DNA of 60,161 bases, counting the filler. It is 7 parts of 7 records of this genome, joined end to end, with 100 filler letters (N's around TTAATTAATTAA, not from the genome) between each part and the next. Parts side by side here need not be neighbours in the genome. Positions count along the whole stretch, not along the records: positions 45,382 to 60,161 come from SRR31147125_31849; 6 more parts are not named here. The stretch is one strand, 5' to 3'. The number at the start of each line of letters is the position of its first letter. Positions within the stretch are counted from its first letter, which is position 1. The notes below the pieces were generated by a model. The model was not told the DNA's origin. It was given only the letters and a program-made list of their open reading frames with translations, and ran no database searches. The position numbers were made by a program, and so were the translations under genes. Below, piece by piece: positions 45,383 through 54,795 of the stretch.

Positions 45383-45655
45383 CTAAAGAGCAATTCTGGC
45401 TCTATTAATCAGCTCAAGTTTTTTCCGGACAACGCGAACGGTACTATTGATATAGTCCTCGGTATCTTTCCGTCTTCTGCTGCGGTCAGTGGAGATGGTA
45501 AAATCGGAAAAATTGTCTTCACCACCTTATCAACAGGTACAGCCACGATTTCTCTTTCTCTGGATAACACGACTGATTCAGATCTGGGCCTCTATGATAA
45601 AAATGCGAACCTGATTGATGCTTTTTCTCTGGGGAGTAGTTTGGAAATCCAATAA
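45383..45655 (+). CDS. C-terminal fragment of a cohesin-like domain protein (not in ORF track)
   Basis: My translation: LKSNSGSINQLKFFPDNANGTIDIVLGIFPSSAAVSGDGKIGKIVFTTLSTGTATISL...LYDKNANLI...LEIQ*; SGDG.I..I.F is cohesin-like. Confidence 0.6.
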   Translation, partial: LKSNSGSINQLKFFPDNANGTIDIVLGIFPSSAAVSGDGKIGKIVFTTLSTGTATISLSLDNTTDSDLGLYDKNANLIDAFSLGSSLEIQ

Positions 45656-45796
45656 AAATGTGATAGAGCTTTTAATGCACGTCCATTTCCAAACCACTCT
45701 TTAATTCGTGTAAAAGAATTTGTTTTAAATAGAATCATATGACTTCGCAGGCAGTCTGTTGAAACCACATGACGCCAGATTTGAAGGAGATGAAAA

Positions 45797-48700
45797 ATGC
45801 GATATATTACATTGTGGCTTATTTTAATCCTCGGCTTGTTGACAGGGTTTTCTACTGTAACAGCACAAAACAGGGCAAGCGCCAATTTATTGAAAACGAA
45901 CTTGCCTCCAATATCCACTGAAAATGCCAATCCTGAAAAAGACCCGGAACTGGATCAGTTGCTGCTGGCGACACAAACCATTGAAGGTGATTCGTTGAAA
46001 ATATCTGTGTGGGATAATCTTCGTATGCAGGTATGGAAATGGCAGAATGGGGCATGGGTCAACCAGATTTATGGGACGAATTCAAAAGGATTTAAATTAT
46101 TTTTCAACACAAATACTATGGCTTCCTATTACAGTGGTAATGCGCCCACTGCGGTTTCGACCACAAAGACAGATGATTATACCATCAAAACCGTTGTGTC
46201 GAGAGATAATGTGGACATAACCCAGACGGTTTCCTATACCAATGGAAATACATATTACGACATACGCTGGGATATTACCAATAAAACAGGTGCAACCATT
46301 GATTCGTTAAGGTTTTTTGCCGGAGAAGACACCTATTTTGCCGGAAGTGATTACGGCCAGGGTTACTGGGATCTTAATAACAATATGGTTTATGTCAAAA
46401 ACACCCAGGGTGGTGAAACGGGCATAATGGGTTTTTATGGTGCTTTTTCTACTCCGCCGCAAAGTTATTATGAGGGCTATTACGGTTCCGTCAATGCAGC
46501 TGTAGCAAACGGAGTATTACCCAATACTGTTAATCCTGTTAACCACGACGCGGCTTATGCTTTAGAGTGGAAGAAATACAGTCTTGCAACCAATGGTGTA
46601 TGGACCATTTATGCACGGGAAACTTTTCAGTATGTTGCGGCAGATGATGAGGCTCCGACTATAACGTTAACCTCACCAAATGGCGGCGAAAGCTTTACAA
46701 CTGGTTCCACCATGAGTGTACAGTTTAATGCTGCGGATAATGTGGCTGTTTCCAAAATTGACGTTAGAATATCAACGGATGGTGGAACGACCTATAATGT
46801 TATTAGTAACAGTGTCGAAAATTCTTCGCCATATACATGGACGATACCGGATTCTGTTGTTTCTGATAACTGTAAAATTAAAGTTATTGCCTATGATGCT
46901 GCCTTTAACTCTGCGGAAGATGTTAGTGATAATGTTTTTAGCATAACCCGTGGCACAACAACCGCAACGATCTCTGCCGAATATGGGCCACCATCTGCAG
47001 CAAATACATGGCAAAAATTTACCATACCCCTGACTGCTGCCAGTTTTGGTACGGATGCAACAACGTTTAATAATGTGTTAGCCAATGTCACCATGTTCCG
47101 GATTCGCACTGAAATGCACAGTGGAGCTGATGTTGGTAGTGTGGATGCTGTTCGCATTGGTAGTGGTTATTCAAGCGATTTCTCATCCAACAATGAGGGT
47201 TGGAGTGCGGCTGGCGACGAGACCATGGAATGGGTCTCCACAGGCGGCATGGCCGGTGGATATATACAGATTAGTGATTGGGCCAGTGGAGACTGGCACT
47301 GGGCTGTGGCTCCCATCAGTTGGTCTGGAAACTGGACAAGTCTGAGCGGTTCCAATATTGAATTTTATTTTAAAACCGATCAACCCAGTTCTGCGGCAGT
47401 GGTAGAAATTTATAGTGGCAGTGTGGCGAAACGAATTGTTTTATCGGCGAATCCCGTATCGATTCCCGCAAATGGAACATCAACGGTTACGGTCACTTTA
47501 AGTGATGTGGCCCCCGCGTCCGGTCTAACGGTATCTCTTAATTCATCCAGTTCAAGTTGCGTCACTGTTCCTGCCAATGTGACCATTCCAGCTGGAGCGA
47601 ACAATGCAACTTTTACTGCTTCTGCTGTGGGTTCTTCATCCGGATGTAATTCGGTTATTACTGCGTCAGCGAGCGGATACGGTGATTCACGGATAACCTT
47701 AACTGTATCAGATGGCTCTTCTGATAGCGCCACCCTGACCGGTCGAGTGACTGATGCGACAACAGGTGCGGGTATAGCAGGAGCGACTGTTGTGGTGGCA
47801 GGTATCACCACAACAACGGACTCGGATGGAAATTATACAATAGAAAATATACCTGCAGGTGTAACAACAGCTAATTTTTCCGGTACACCAAGAAGTGGTA
47901 CAGCTCCTCTGACGGTTCAATTTCAGGATTTATCCGGTGAAGGCTACCAACCCATAAGTGCCTCAGCAACGGATTATTATCCTTATGAATCTTCCTTTTT
48001 GTTAACAGGCGGTGAAACGTCCAATTTTGACATGTCGCTTTCACCAACCATTTTAGATGGAGATATGCGAATCGTATTGAACTGGGGTGCAAGGCCTTCT
48101 GACCTGGATCTTCATTTAAAAACGCCGAGCATTGACGGAACACCTCATGAAGTATATTACAGGGATAAGGGCAGTCAGGAATCCGCACCTTATGCTGTGC
48201 TTGACCATGATGATCGAAGTAGTTATGGTCCTGAAACCATAACGATCTATGATCTAAAAGTTGGCACGTACAAATGTTTCATTCATAATTATTCAACAAG
48301 TCCCTCCATTACCACGTCCGGAGGTGTTGTGCAAATTTATGGGACGTCCGGATTATTAGAGACGGTTAATGTCCCCACAACCGGAGATGGTCTCTATTGG
48401 TATATTTGTGATATAAACGGATCAACAGGACAAATATCCGTAAGAAATACTATCCAGTCCACTGCACCTGGCAGTGATGGATTGGGGAAAATTGCTTTAA
48501 AGGAACCTCTTGCGCTGGAAACCGAACAGGTTCAAACCATTACATCCTGGCAATGGGATTTTGATAATGATGGAAGCATTGATGCGACCGATCAAAATCC
48601 GGCTTTTACCTATACATCTCCAGGTAATTATACGGTAAAACTAACGGTATCGGACGGTAGTGAAAATTATACCAGCACCAAAACGGACTATATTACGGTG

Positions 48701-50971
48701 TCACCGTCAGCAGTGGGAACTTTGGGGGATTACAGAGTCACTGTGAGTAGTATAGATATTACTAATTTTCCGGATATAAAGTGTTTTGTTTCTGTCGTAG
48801 ACACATCCACAAGATTACCGGTTGCAGGTCTGACAAGAGATCATTTTGCTGTTCAGGAAGATTGGGTTTCGACCCCGGTGTTATCCGTCGAAGAATTAAC
48901 CACCACCTCCGGAGCGCAAGCCGACATTGTATTTGTATTCGATGTGACAGGTAGTATGGGCGATGAGATTTCCGGCCTAAAGAATCGTGCTTTGCAGTTT
49001 GCAGATGCGCTGGCAGAAAAAGGGATTGATTATCGGTTGGGATTGACCACTTATAGCGACGAGATTGAAGAGGTACATGATTTTACCACTGACGCAGTGG
49101 AGTTCAGGACATGGATTGACGGACTTGTCGCGTCCGGAGGTGGAGATACGAAAGAAAATGCTCTGGAAGGATTAGCCAGAGCGGCTGTATTGTCTTATCG
49201 GCCTTCTGTACAAAAGATTGCCATTTTGATCACAGATGCCGATTATCATGAAGCCGGTGAATCCGGAGGTGGGACAACCAGTTATACCACAGAAAGTATG
49301 ATTTCGTTACTCAATGGTTATGGCATCGTAACCAGTGTTGTCGGACCGGATCAAAGCCAATTTCATCAAATGGCTGACGAAACCGGCGGTTTATGGTATA
49401 ATATAAACAGTGATTTTGCATCGATCATAGATGATATCGGGCGTGTTATTTCATCACAATATGTAGTAACCTATACAACACCAAATCCGACACCAGACAA
49501 TTCAACCCGAACGGTTGGAATCACAGTTAGTAAAGACAGCAAAAGTGGCTCCGGATTTGGAACTTATACCCTTACCTCATCTTCACTGGTGTCCAGTCCT
49601 GCCAACATATTGGGTATAAATAACACCACCTTTACTATTGATGTTAACATAGAATCTGTTGTTAATCTGGGCTTGTGTCATTTCTATGTCAATTTTGATC
49701 CGACAAAGATTGAAGCCACAGATGTGGTAAAGGGAGATTTTCTGGAACAAGGGGCTGTCACAGCCACCTTTGATGGTGTTAGAAATAATACGGATGGAAA
49801 AGTTGAAATAACTGCCACTCGTTTTAGCTCCGCCGGCGCAAGTGGTAGCGGTACTTTGTGTACCATTACATTCAAGGTACTGGTAGAAGATTGTGCAAGT
49901 AATATCGGCTTTGAACAAATCCGTCTGGAAGAGCCAACAGAACCACCGACACCAATTACGGTAAATGTTCTGGGAACGCACATCCAGGCAGCCTCAGGAT
50001 CCGGTGGGGTATCCAGTATTTTGGGTGATTTTGATAGTGACCTGGATATTGACACCAGGGATTTTGCCCTTTTATCAAAATACTGGAAGCCAGCCAGTAT
50101 AGACAGTGGTGATATAGGTCCGGCCAGCGGTACCGCGCCCATGTTAACGCCACGACCGGATAATATTGTTAATTTTGAGGATTTATTTGTATTCACCCGA
50201 ATGTGGAATTGGTATCATGATTCGCATCGAACCGGATCTATTTCCAAACCGACCAGCGCGGGCCTGGAATGGGTCATCTCGAACGATCTTTTAAACTCAC
50301 AAAATGTACGAGTGGAACTCTATGGTAACGGTCTTGATCAGTGTGCTATGGGGCATATAATCCTCAAATACGACGCGTCGGAGATTAAATTCTCTTCCGC
50401 ACAGGCCGGAGAATCTTTACTGGATAAAAACACGACAACGGCCTTTTTTACTGAAAACAATTCGAGAACCGGCCTTGTTGAAATATCTCTGGCCACACTT
50501 TCTTCCGGAATTCATTCTGATCCTGACAACAAGAGTGGCGCTCTGGCTGTGTTTGAATTTGAAAGATTAAAGGCATTTTCATCATCCACTATTTCTCTTG
50601 AAACGGTTGATTTGAGAACAGCAAACAATAAAACGATTCCAATGAGCACTATTCCGGAACTTGTATTATCGGATATGGGCGGTGCAACTCCAGGCTCATA
50701 TGAGCTCAGGCAGAATTATCCCAATCCATTTAATAGCAGCACGAGACTGCAATTTCTCCTGCCTGAAGCAGCGCATGTGAAAATCAAGATACTAAATATC
50801 CTTGGTCAACCAGTGCGGATGTTGGTAAATGGCACTATGGATTCCGGGCAACATGAAATTACATGGAATGGTAAAGATGAATCCGGGCGAGAAGTTATGA
50901 GTGGTATTTATTTCGTTCGAATGGAATCAAAAGAATTCAGCCGGACAAGGCAAGTTCTGTTGATCAAATAA
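45797..50971 (+). CDS. 1724-aa secreted multidomain surface protein (Ig-like, laminin-IV-like, carboxypeptidase-regulatory-like, PKD, YfaP/DUF2135-like, vWA, cohesin, dockerin-like, cohesin, FlgD-Ig/T9SS-like tail)
   Basis: AAGGAG RBS, signal peptide, SPNGGE, MIDAS DVTGSM, SWQWDFDNDG, SDLDLH...GPETI, GTLCTITF, GDFDSDLDIDTRDF, LRQNYPNPFNSST...WNGKDESG...SGIYF. Confidence 0.85.
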   Translation: MRYITLWLILILGLLTGFSTVTAQNRASANLLKTNLPPISTENANPEKDPELDQLLLATQTIEGDSLKISVWDNLRMQVWKWQNGAWVNQIYGTNSKGFKLFFNTNTMASYYSGNAPTAVSTTKTDDYTIKTVVSRDNVDITQTVSYTNGNTYYDIRWDITNKTGATIDSLRFFAGEDTYFAGSDYGQGYWDLNNNMVYVKNTQGGETGIMGFYGAFSTPPQSYYEGYYGSVNAAVANGVLPNTVNPVNHDAAYALEWKKYSLATNGVWTIYARETFQYVAADDEAPTITLTSPNGGESFTTGSTMSVQFNAADNVAVSKIDVRISTDGGTTYNVISNSVENSSPYTWTIPDSVVSDNCKIKVIAYDAAFNSAEDVSDNVFSITRGTTTATISAEYGPPSAANTWQKFTIPLTAASFGTDATTFNNVLANVTMFRIRTEMHSGADVGSVDAVRIGSGYSSDFSSNNEGWSAAGDETMEWVSTGGMAGGYIQISDWASGDWHWAVAPISWSGNWTSLSGSNIEFYFKTDQPSSAAVVEIYSGSVAKRIVLSANPVSIPANGTSTVTVTLSDVAPASGLTVSLNSSSSSCVTVPANVTIPAGANNATFTASAVGSSSGCNSVITASASGYGDSRITLTVSDGSSDSATLTGRVTDATTGAGIAGATVVVAGITTTTDSDGNYTIENIPAGVTTANFSGTPRSGTAPLTVQFQDLSGEGYQPISASATDYYPYESSFLLTGGETSNFDMSLSPTILDGDMRIVLNWGARPSDLDLHLKTPSIDGTPHEVYYRDKGSQESAPYAVLDHDDRSSYGPETITIYDLKVGTYKCFIHNYSTSPSITTSGGVVQIYGTSGLLETVNVPTTGDGLYWYICDINGSTGQISVRNTIQSTAPGSDGLGKIALKEPLALETEQVQTITSWQWDFDNDGSIDATDQNPAFTYTSPGNYTVKLTVSDGSENYTSTKTDYITVSPSAVGTLGDYRVTVSSIDITNFPDIKCFVSVVDTSTRLPVAGLTRDHFAVQEDWVSTPVLSVEELTTTSGAQADIVFVFDVTGSMGDEISGLKNRALQFADALAEKGIDYRLGLTTYSDEIEEVHDFTTDAVEFRTWIDGLVASGGGDTKENALEGLARAAVLSYRPSVQKIAILITDADYHEAGESGGGTTSYTTESMISLLNGYGIVTSVVGPDQSQFHQMADETGGLWYNINSDFASIIDDIGRVISSQYVVTYTTPNPTPDNSTRTVGITVSKDSKSGSGFGTYTLTSSSLVSSPANILGINNTTFTIDVNIESVVNLGLCHFYVNFDPTKIEATDVVKGDFLEQGAVTATFDGVRNNTDGKVEITATRFSSAGASGSGTLCTITFKVLVEDCASNIGFEQIRLEEPTEPPTPITVNVLGTHIQAASGSGGVSSILGDFDSDLDIDTRDFALLSKYWKPASIDSGDIGPASGTAPMLTPRPDNIVNFEDLFVFTRMWNWYHDSHRTGSISKPTSAGLEWVISNDLLNSQNVRVELYGNGLDQCAMGHIILKYDASEIKFSSAQAGESLLDKNTTTAFFTENNSRTGLVEISLATLSSGIHSDPDNKSGALAVFEFERLKAFSSSTISLETVDLRTANNKTIPMSTIPELVLSDMGGATPGSYELRQNYPNPFNSSTRLQFLLPEAAHVKIKILNILGQPVRMLVNGTMDSGQHEITWNGKDESGREVMSGIYFVRMESKEFSRTRQVLLIK

Positions 50972-51025
50972 GGAACGTTCTTTGCAAGGTTGATTTAATT
51001 ACCATACGTGTCGGTCATAAAAACG

Positions 51026-51063
51026 AAAACCTCCCGGAAGGTAATCCTCCGGGAGGTTTTTTT
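51026..51063. terminator. Bidirectional intrinsic terminator
   Basis: AAAACCTCCCGGA / TCCGGGAGGTTTT followed by a T tract, between convergent genes. Confidence 0.88.
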
Positions 51064-51103
51064 ATTTCTTACACATGATAATTTCTTTAGACAAAAATTT
51101 TGT

Positions 51104-54100
51104 TTATTCTTCAACTATCTCATCATGGTAGGCCTGTAATGATTTAACACTCGCTTTACCGGATCTTCTGGCGACAATTCCTTTTGTAGCAGCCAGGGCC
51201 GCTGTTGTCGTGGTAATATAAGGGATTTTATATTTAATAGCTGATTTACGAATATAGGAATCATCGACTTCACTTAATTTACCTTTTGGTGTGTTTACAA
51301 CAAGTTGAATATCACCATTTTTAATGGCATCGACGATATTGGGTCGACCGTCTTTGACTTTTTTAATGAGTTGTGATTCAATACCATGTTCTGCCAAAAA
51401 GTGTTTTGTCCCTTCCGTGGCCAGGATATTAAAGCCCAGTTCATTGAATTGTCTTGCTGATCCCAGAATATTATTTTTGTCTCTATCGGCAACAGTGATC
51501 AAAACGGTACCTTCAACCGGAAGAGACGATTTTGTGGCCTCCTGAGCCTTGAAAAAGGCGAGTCCCGGGGAATCTGCCATTCCAAGAACTTCACCAGTAG
51601 ATCTCATTTCAGGTCCCAAAACAGGATCCACCTCGGGGAACATGTTGAATGGAAAGACCGATTCTTTAACACCAAAATGTTTATAGGATTTTTGTTTAAA
51701 GTTAAATTCAGATAATTTTTTACCCAACATGATCTGTGTGGCAATTTTTGCCATGGGAATATTACATACTTTGGAAACAAGTGGGACGGTTCGTGATGCG
51801 CGGGGATTGGCTTCCAGAATGTAAATTGTACCATTGGATATGGCATATTGAATATTCATCAAACCCACAACATTGAGCTCGAGAGCAATTTTACGGGTAT
51901 AGTCACAAATAGTATCTATTTGATCCTGGGGTATTCCGACAGACGGAATCACACAGGCTGAATCTCCGGAATGAATACCCGCATATTCAATATGTTGCAT
52001 GACAGCAGGTACAAACGCGTCCGTTCCATCAGAAATGGCATCTGCTTCCACTTCCATGGCATTTTCCAGAAACTTGTCAATCAAAATGGGGCGTTCCGGT
52101 GAGACATCGACAGCGGCTGCCATATATTGTTTTAACATTGTTTCATCTAAAACGATCATCATGGCCCTTCCACCTAACACATAAGAAGGACGAACCATCA
52201 ACGGGTAACCGATTCGTTCCGCGATGTCAAGGGCTTCTTCCAGTGTCGTGGCCATTCCCGATTCCGGTTGTGGTATGCCAAGTTTTTTCATGATCAAACG
52301 GAAACGATCGCGATCTTCTGCCAGATCGATTGTTTCCGGTGATGTACCCAGGATATTGACTCCTGCCTGAGCGAGTTCGTTTGCGATATTCAGTGGTGTC
52401 TGACCGCCAAACTGAACAATGACACCTTCCGGCTTTTCTTTCTGATATATACTCAGGACGTCTTCCAGAGTCAAGGGCTCAAAATACAATTTATCCGAAG
52501 TATCGTAATCTGTTGATACGGTTTCCGGATTGCAATTAATCATGATGGACTCGTAATTCAGTTCCCGGATAGCAAAAGCGGCGTGCACACAGCAATAGTC
52601 AAATTCAATACCCTGTCCAATACGATTCGGGCCTCCACCTAACACCATGATTTTTTTATGCGGGCTTACTTTCACTTGATCAGGTGCGTTATAGGTGGAA
52701 TAATAATAGGCCGCATTCTCAACACCGCTCACCGGCACGGGCTCCCACGCTTCTTCTACACGAACTTTAGTTCTTTTTTGACGAATTTTTTCCTCAGGTA
52801 CATCAAGCAATTGCGCAATGTATTTATCAGCAAAGCCATCTTTTTTCGCCTGGATCAAAAGATCATCCGGAGGTAGCTGGCCTTTGTATTTCAGGATTTT
52901 TTCTTCCAAATCCACCAGTTCTTTCATTTGTTCAATAAACCAGGATTTGATATTGGTTATTTTAAAAAGTTCATGAATATCAGCTCCTTTTCGGAGCGCT
53001 TCATACATAATAAAGTGGCGTTCACTGGAAGGATCACTCAACATTTTTAATAATTCATCAAGAGTTTGCTCATGAAAATCTTTGGCAAAACCAAGTCCAT
53101 AGCGACCGATTTCAAGAGATCGGATGGCTTTTTGTAAAGCCTCTTTGTAGTTTTTTCCGATACTCATTACCTCGCCAACGGCCCGCATCTGAGTTCCTAA
53201 TTTATCCTCAATACCTTCAAATTTTTCAAAAGCCCATCGTGCAAATTTGACAACCACGTAATCGCCTGATGGCGTGTATTTTTCCAAAGTCCCTTCACGC
53301 CAATATGGAATTTCATCAAGTGTTAAACCACCTGCCAGCAATGCAGACACAAAGGCAATAGGAAAGCCGGTTGCTTTTGATGCCAATGCCGAGGACCTGG
53401 ATGTTCGTGGATTAATTTCAATGACGACCACACGATCTGTTTCCGGATCGTGGGCAAATTGAACATTGGTTCCGCCAATCACCTCAATGGCTTCCACAAT
53501 ATCGTACGAGTATTTTTGCAGGCGTTTTTGTAATTCCGGTTCGATGGTCAACATGGGTGCTGTGCAATAGGAATCTCCGGTATGAACACCCATGGCATCT
53601 ACATTTTCAATAAAACAAACGGTGATCATTTGGTTTTTTGCGTCCCGGACGACTTCCAGCTCAAGCTCTTCCCAACCCAAAACGGATTCTTCAATAAGAA
53701 CCTGATGCACCATACTTTCGGCCAAACCACGTGATGCAATGGTGACCAGTTCTTCTGTATTGTAGACCAGTCCGCCTCCGGTTCCGCCCATGGTATAGGC
53801 CGGCCGGACAACCACGGGATAACCCAGCTCTTCAGCGATTTTTTCTGCATCTTCCACTGTGTTGACGGCCTTGCTTTTTGGTACTTCAATGCCAAGACGA
53901 TTCATGGTTTCTTTGAAAGCAGTACGATCCTCGCCACGTTCAATGGCATCCATGTTTACACCAATAACGTTGACACCATATTTGTCCAGCACACCGGCTT
54001 TAGCCAGTTCAGAGGACAGGTTTAAAGCGGACTGCCCTCCCAAATTGGGAAGCAGCGCGTCCGGGCGTTCTTTTTTTATAATTTTGGTAAGATATTCTAC

Positions 54101-54310
54101 ATTTAAGGGTTCAATATAGGTAGCATCCGCCATTCCCGGATCCGTCATAATAGTGGCCGGATTTGAATTGACCAATACGATTTCATATCCGAGGGAGCGC
54201 AAGGCCTTACAGGCCTGAGTGCCGGAATAATCAAATTCGCACGCCTGCCCAATAACAATAGGACCTGAACCGATAATCAATACTTTGTGGATGTCTTGAC
54301 GCTTTGGCAT
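51104..54310 (-). CDS. carB: Carbamoyl-phosphate synthase large subunit
   Basis: MPKRQDIHKVLIIGSGPIVIGQACEFDYSG, two ATP-grasp halves, GGGPNRIGQGIEFDY, MGS domain. Confidence 0.98.
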   Translation of the reverse strand: MPKRQDIHKVLIIGSGPIVIGQACEFDYSGTQACKALRSLGYEIVLVNSNPATIMTDPGMADATYIEPLNVEYLTKIIKKERPDALLPNLGGQSALNLSSELAKAGVLDKYGVNVIGVNMDAIERGEDRTAFKETMNRLGIEVPKSKAVNTVEDAEKIAEELGYPVVVRPAYTMGGTGGGLVYNTEELVTIASRGLAESMVHQVLIEESVLGWEELELEVVRDAKNQMITVCFIENVDAMGVHTGDSYCTAPMLTIEPELQKRLQKYSYDIVEAIEVIGGTNVQFAHDPETDRVVVIEINPRTSRSSALASKATGFPIAFVSALLAGGLTLDEIPYWREGTLEKYTPSGDYVVVKFARWAFEKFEGIEDKLGTQMRAVGEVMSIGKNYKEALQKAIRSLEIGRYGLGFAKDFHEQTLDELLKMLSDPSSERHFIMYEALRKGADIHELFKITNIKSWFIEQMKELVDLEEKILKYKGQLPPDDLLIQAKKDGFADKYIAQLLDVPEEKIRQKRTKVRVEEAWEPVPVSGVENAAYYYSTYNAPDQVKVSPHKKIMVLGGGPNRIGQGIEFDYCCVHAAFAIRELNYESIMINCNPETVSTDYDTSDKLYFEPLTLEDVLSIYQKEKPEGVIVQFGGQTPLNIANELAQAGVNILGTSPETIDLAEDRDRFRLIMKKLGIPQPESGMATTLEEALDIAERIGYPLMVRPSYVLGGRAMMIVLDETMLKQYMAAAVDVSPERPILIDKFLENAMEVEADAISDGTDAFVPAVMQHIEYAGIHSGDSACVIPSVGIPQDQIDTICDYTRKIALELNVVGLMNIQYAISNGTIYILEANPRASRTVPLVSKVCNIPMAKIATQIMLGKKLSEFNFKQKSYKHFGVKESVFPFNMFPEVDPVLGPEMRSTGEVLGMADSPGLAFFKAQEATKSSLPVEGTVLITVADRDKNNILGSARQFNELGFNILATEGTKHFLAEHGIESQLIKKVKDGRPNIVDAIKNGDIQLVVNTPKGKLSEVDDSYIRKSAIKYKIPYITTTTAALAATKGIVARRSGKASVKSLQAYHDEIVEE

Positions 54311-54795
54311 TGTGTCTCCTTGTAATTTATTCTGTAAAACGTAATCTTGTTTGCATAGGATAAGTTATTACCAGATTTGTTGTCCGGTTCATTTTGAGAA
54401 TCTATCCGGAATAAAATAATCGTATCTTAATGTGCCTGGTAATGATGAATTAGCTATACTTGCATCATATTGTAAATAATGGAATTACACCGGAAATTCA
54501 GTTGACACGCATAACGTTTCCTGTATGAAAAAATCATCTTAATGATACATAAACGTCTTGCGAAAGGCAAGTAAAAAGTCTAACTTGTTGTGCATTCTCC
54601 CTCTCACAATTGAACATGATTTCACCAGCGTCTGTATTTCCTAAAACGACTCGTACATGAAATACATATTAATAAGAACTTGCCCGAATCCTTCATTATC
54701 GATTTTCTTTTTGTCCACTTTAGTAACATTTGTGTATTAATTATTTTACGAAAAAAATGATTGTAATGTCCTGACAATATGTTTTTTCATTAAAC

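Noticed and set aside
47410-50196. Long antisense ORFs (47410..47811, 49583..49981, 49684..50196) and similar shadow ORFs elsewhere
   Set aside because: They lie opposite well-supported genes, have no RBS or recognisable motifs, and reflect codon bias of the sense strand.
50971-51063. sigma54-like GG-N10-GC (AGGAACGTTCTTTGCA) right after the stop codon, implying a short sRNA ending at the terminator
   Set aside because: Lacks the TGGC core, and such matches arise by chance; no other support.
54311-54795. Pyrimidine attenuator, ARG box or Rex/FNR site between carB and the cytochrome operon
   Set aside because: Only partial matches with wrong spacing or several mismatches; no convincing terminator/antiterminator pair.
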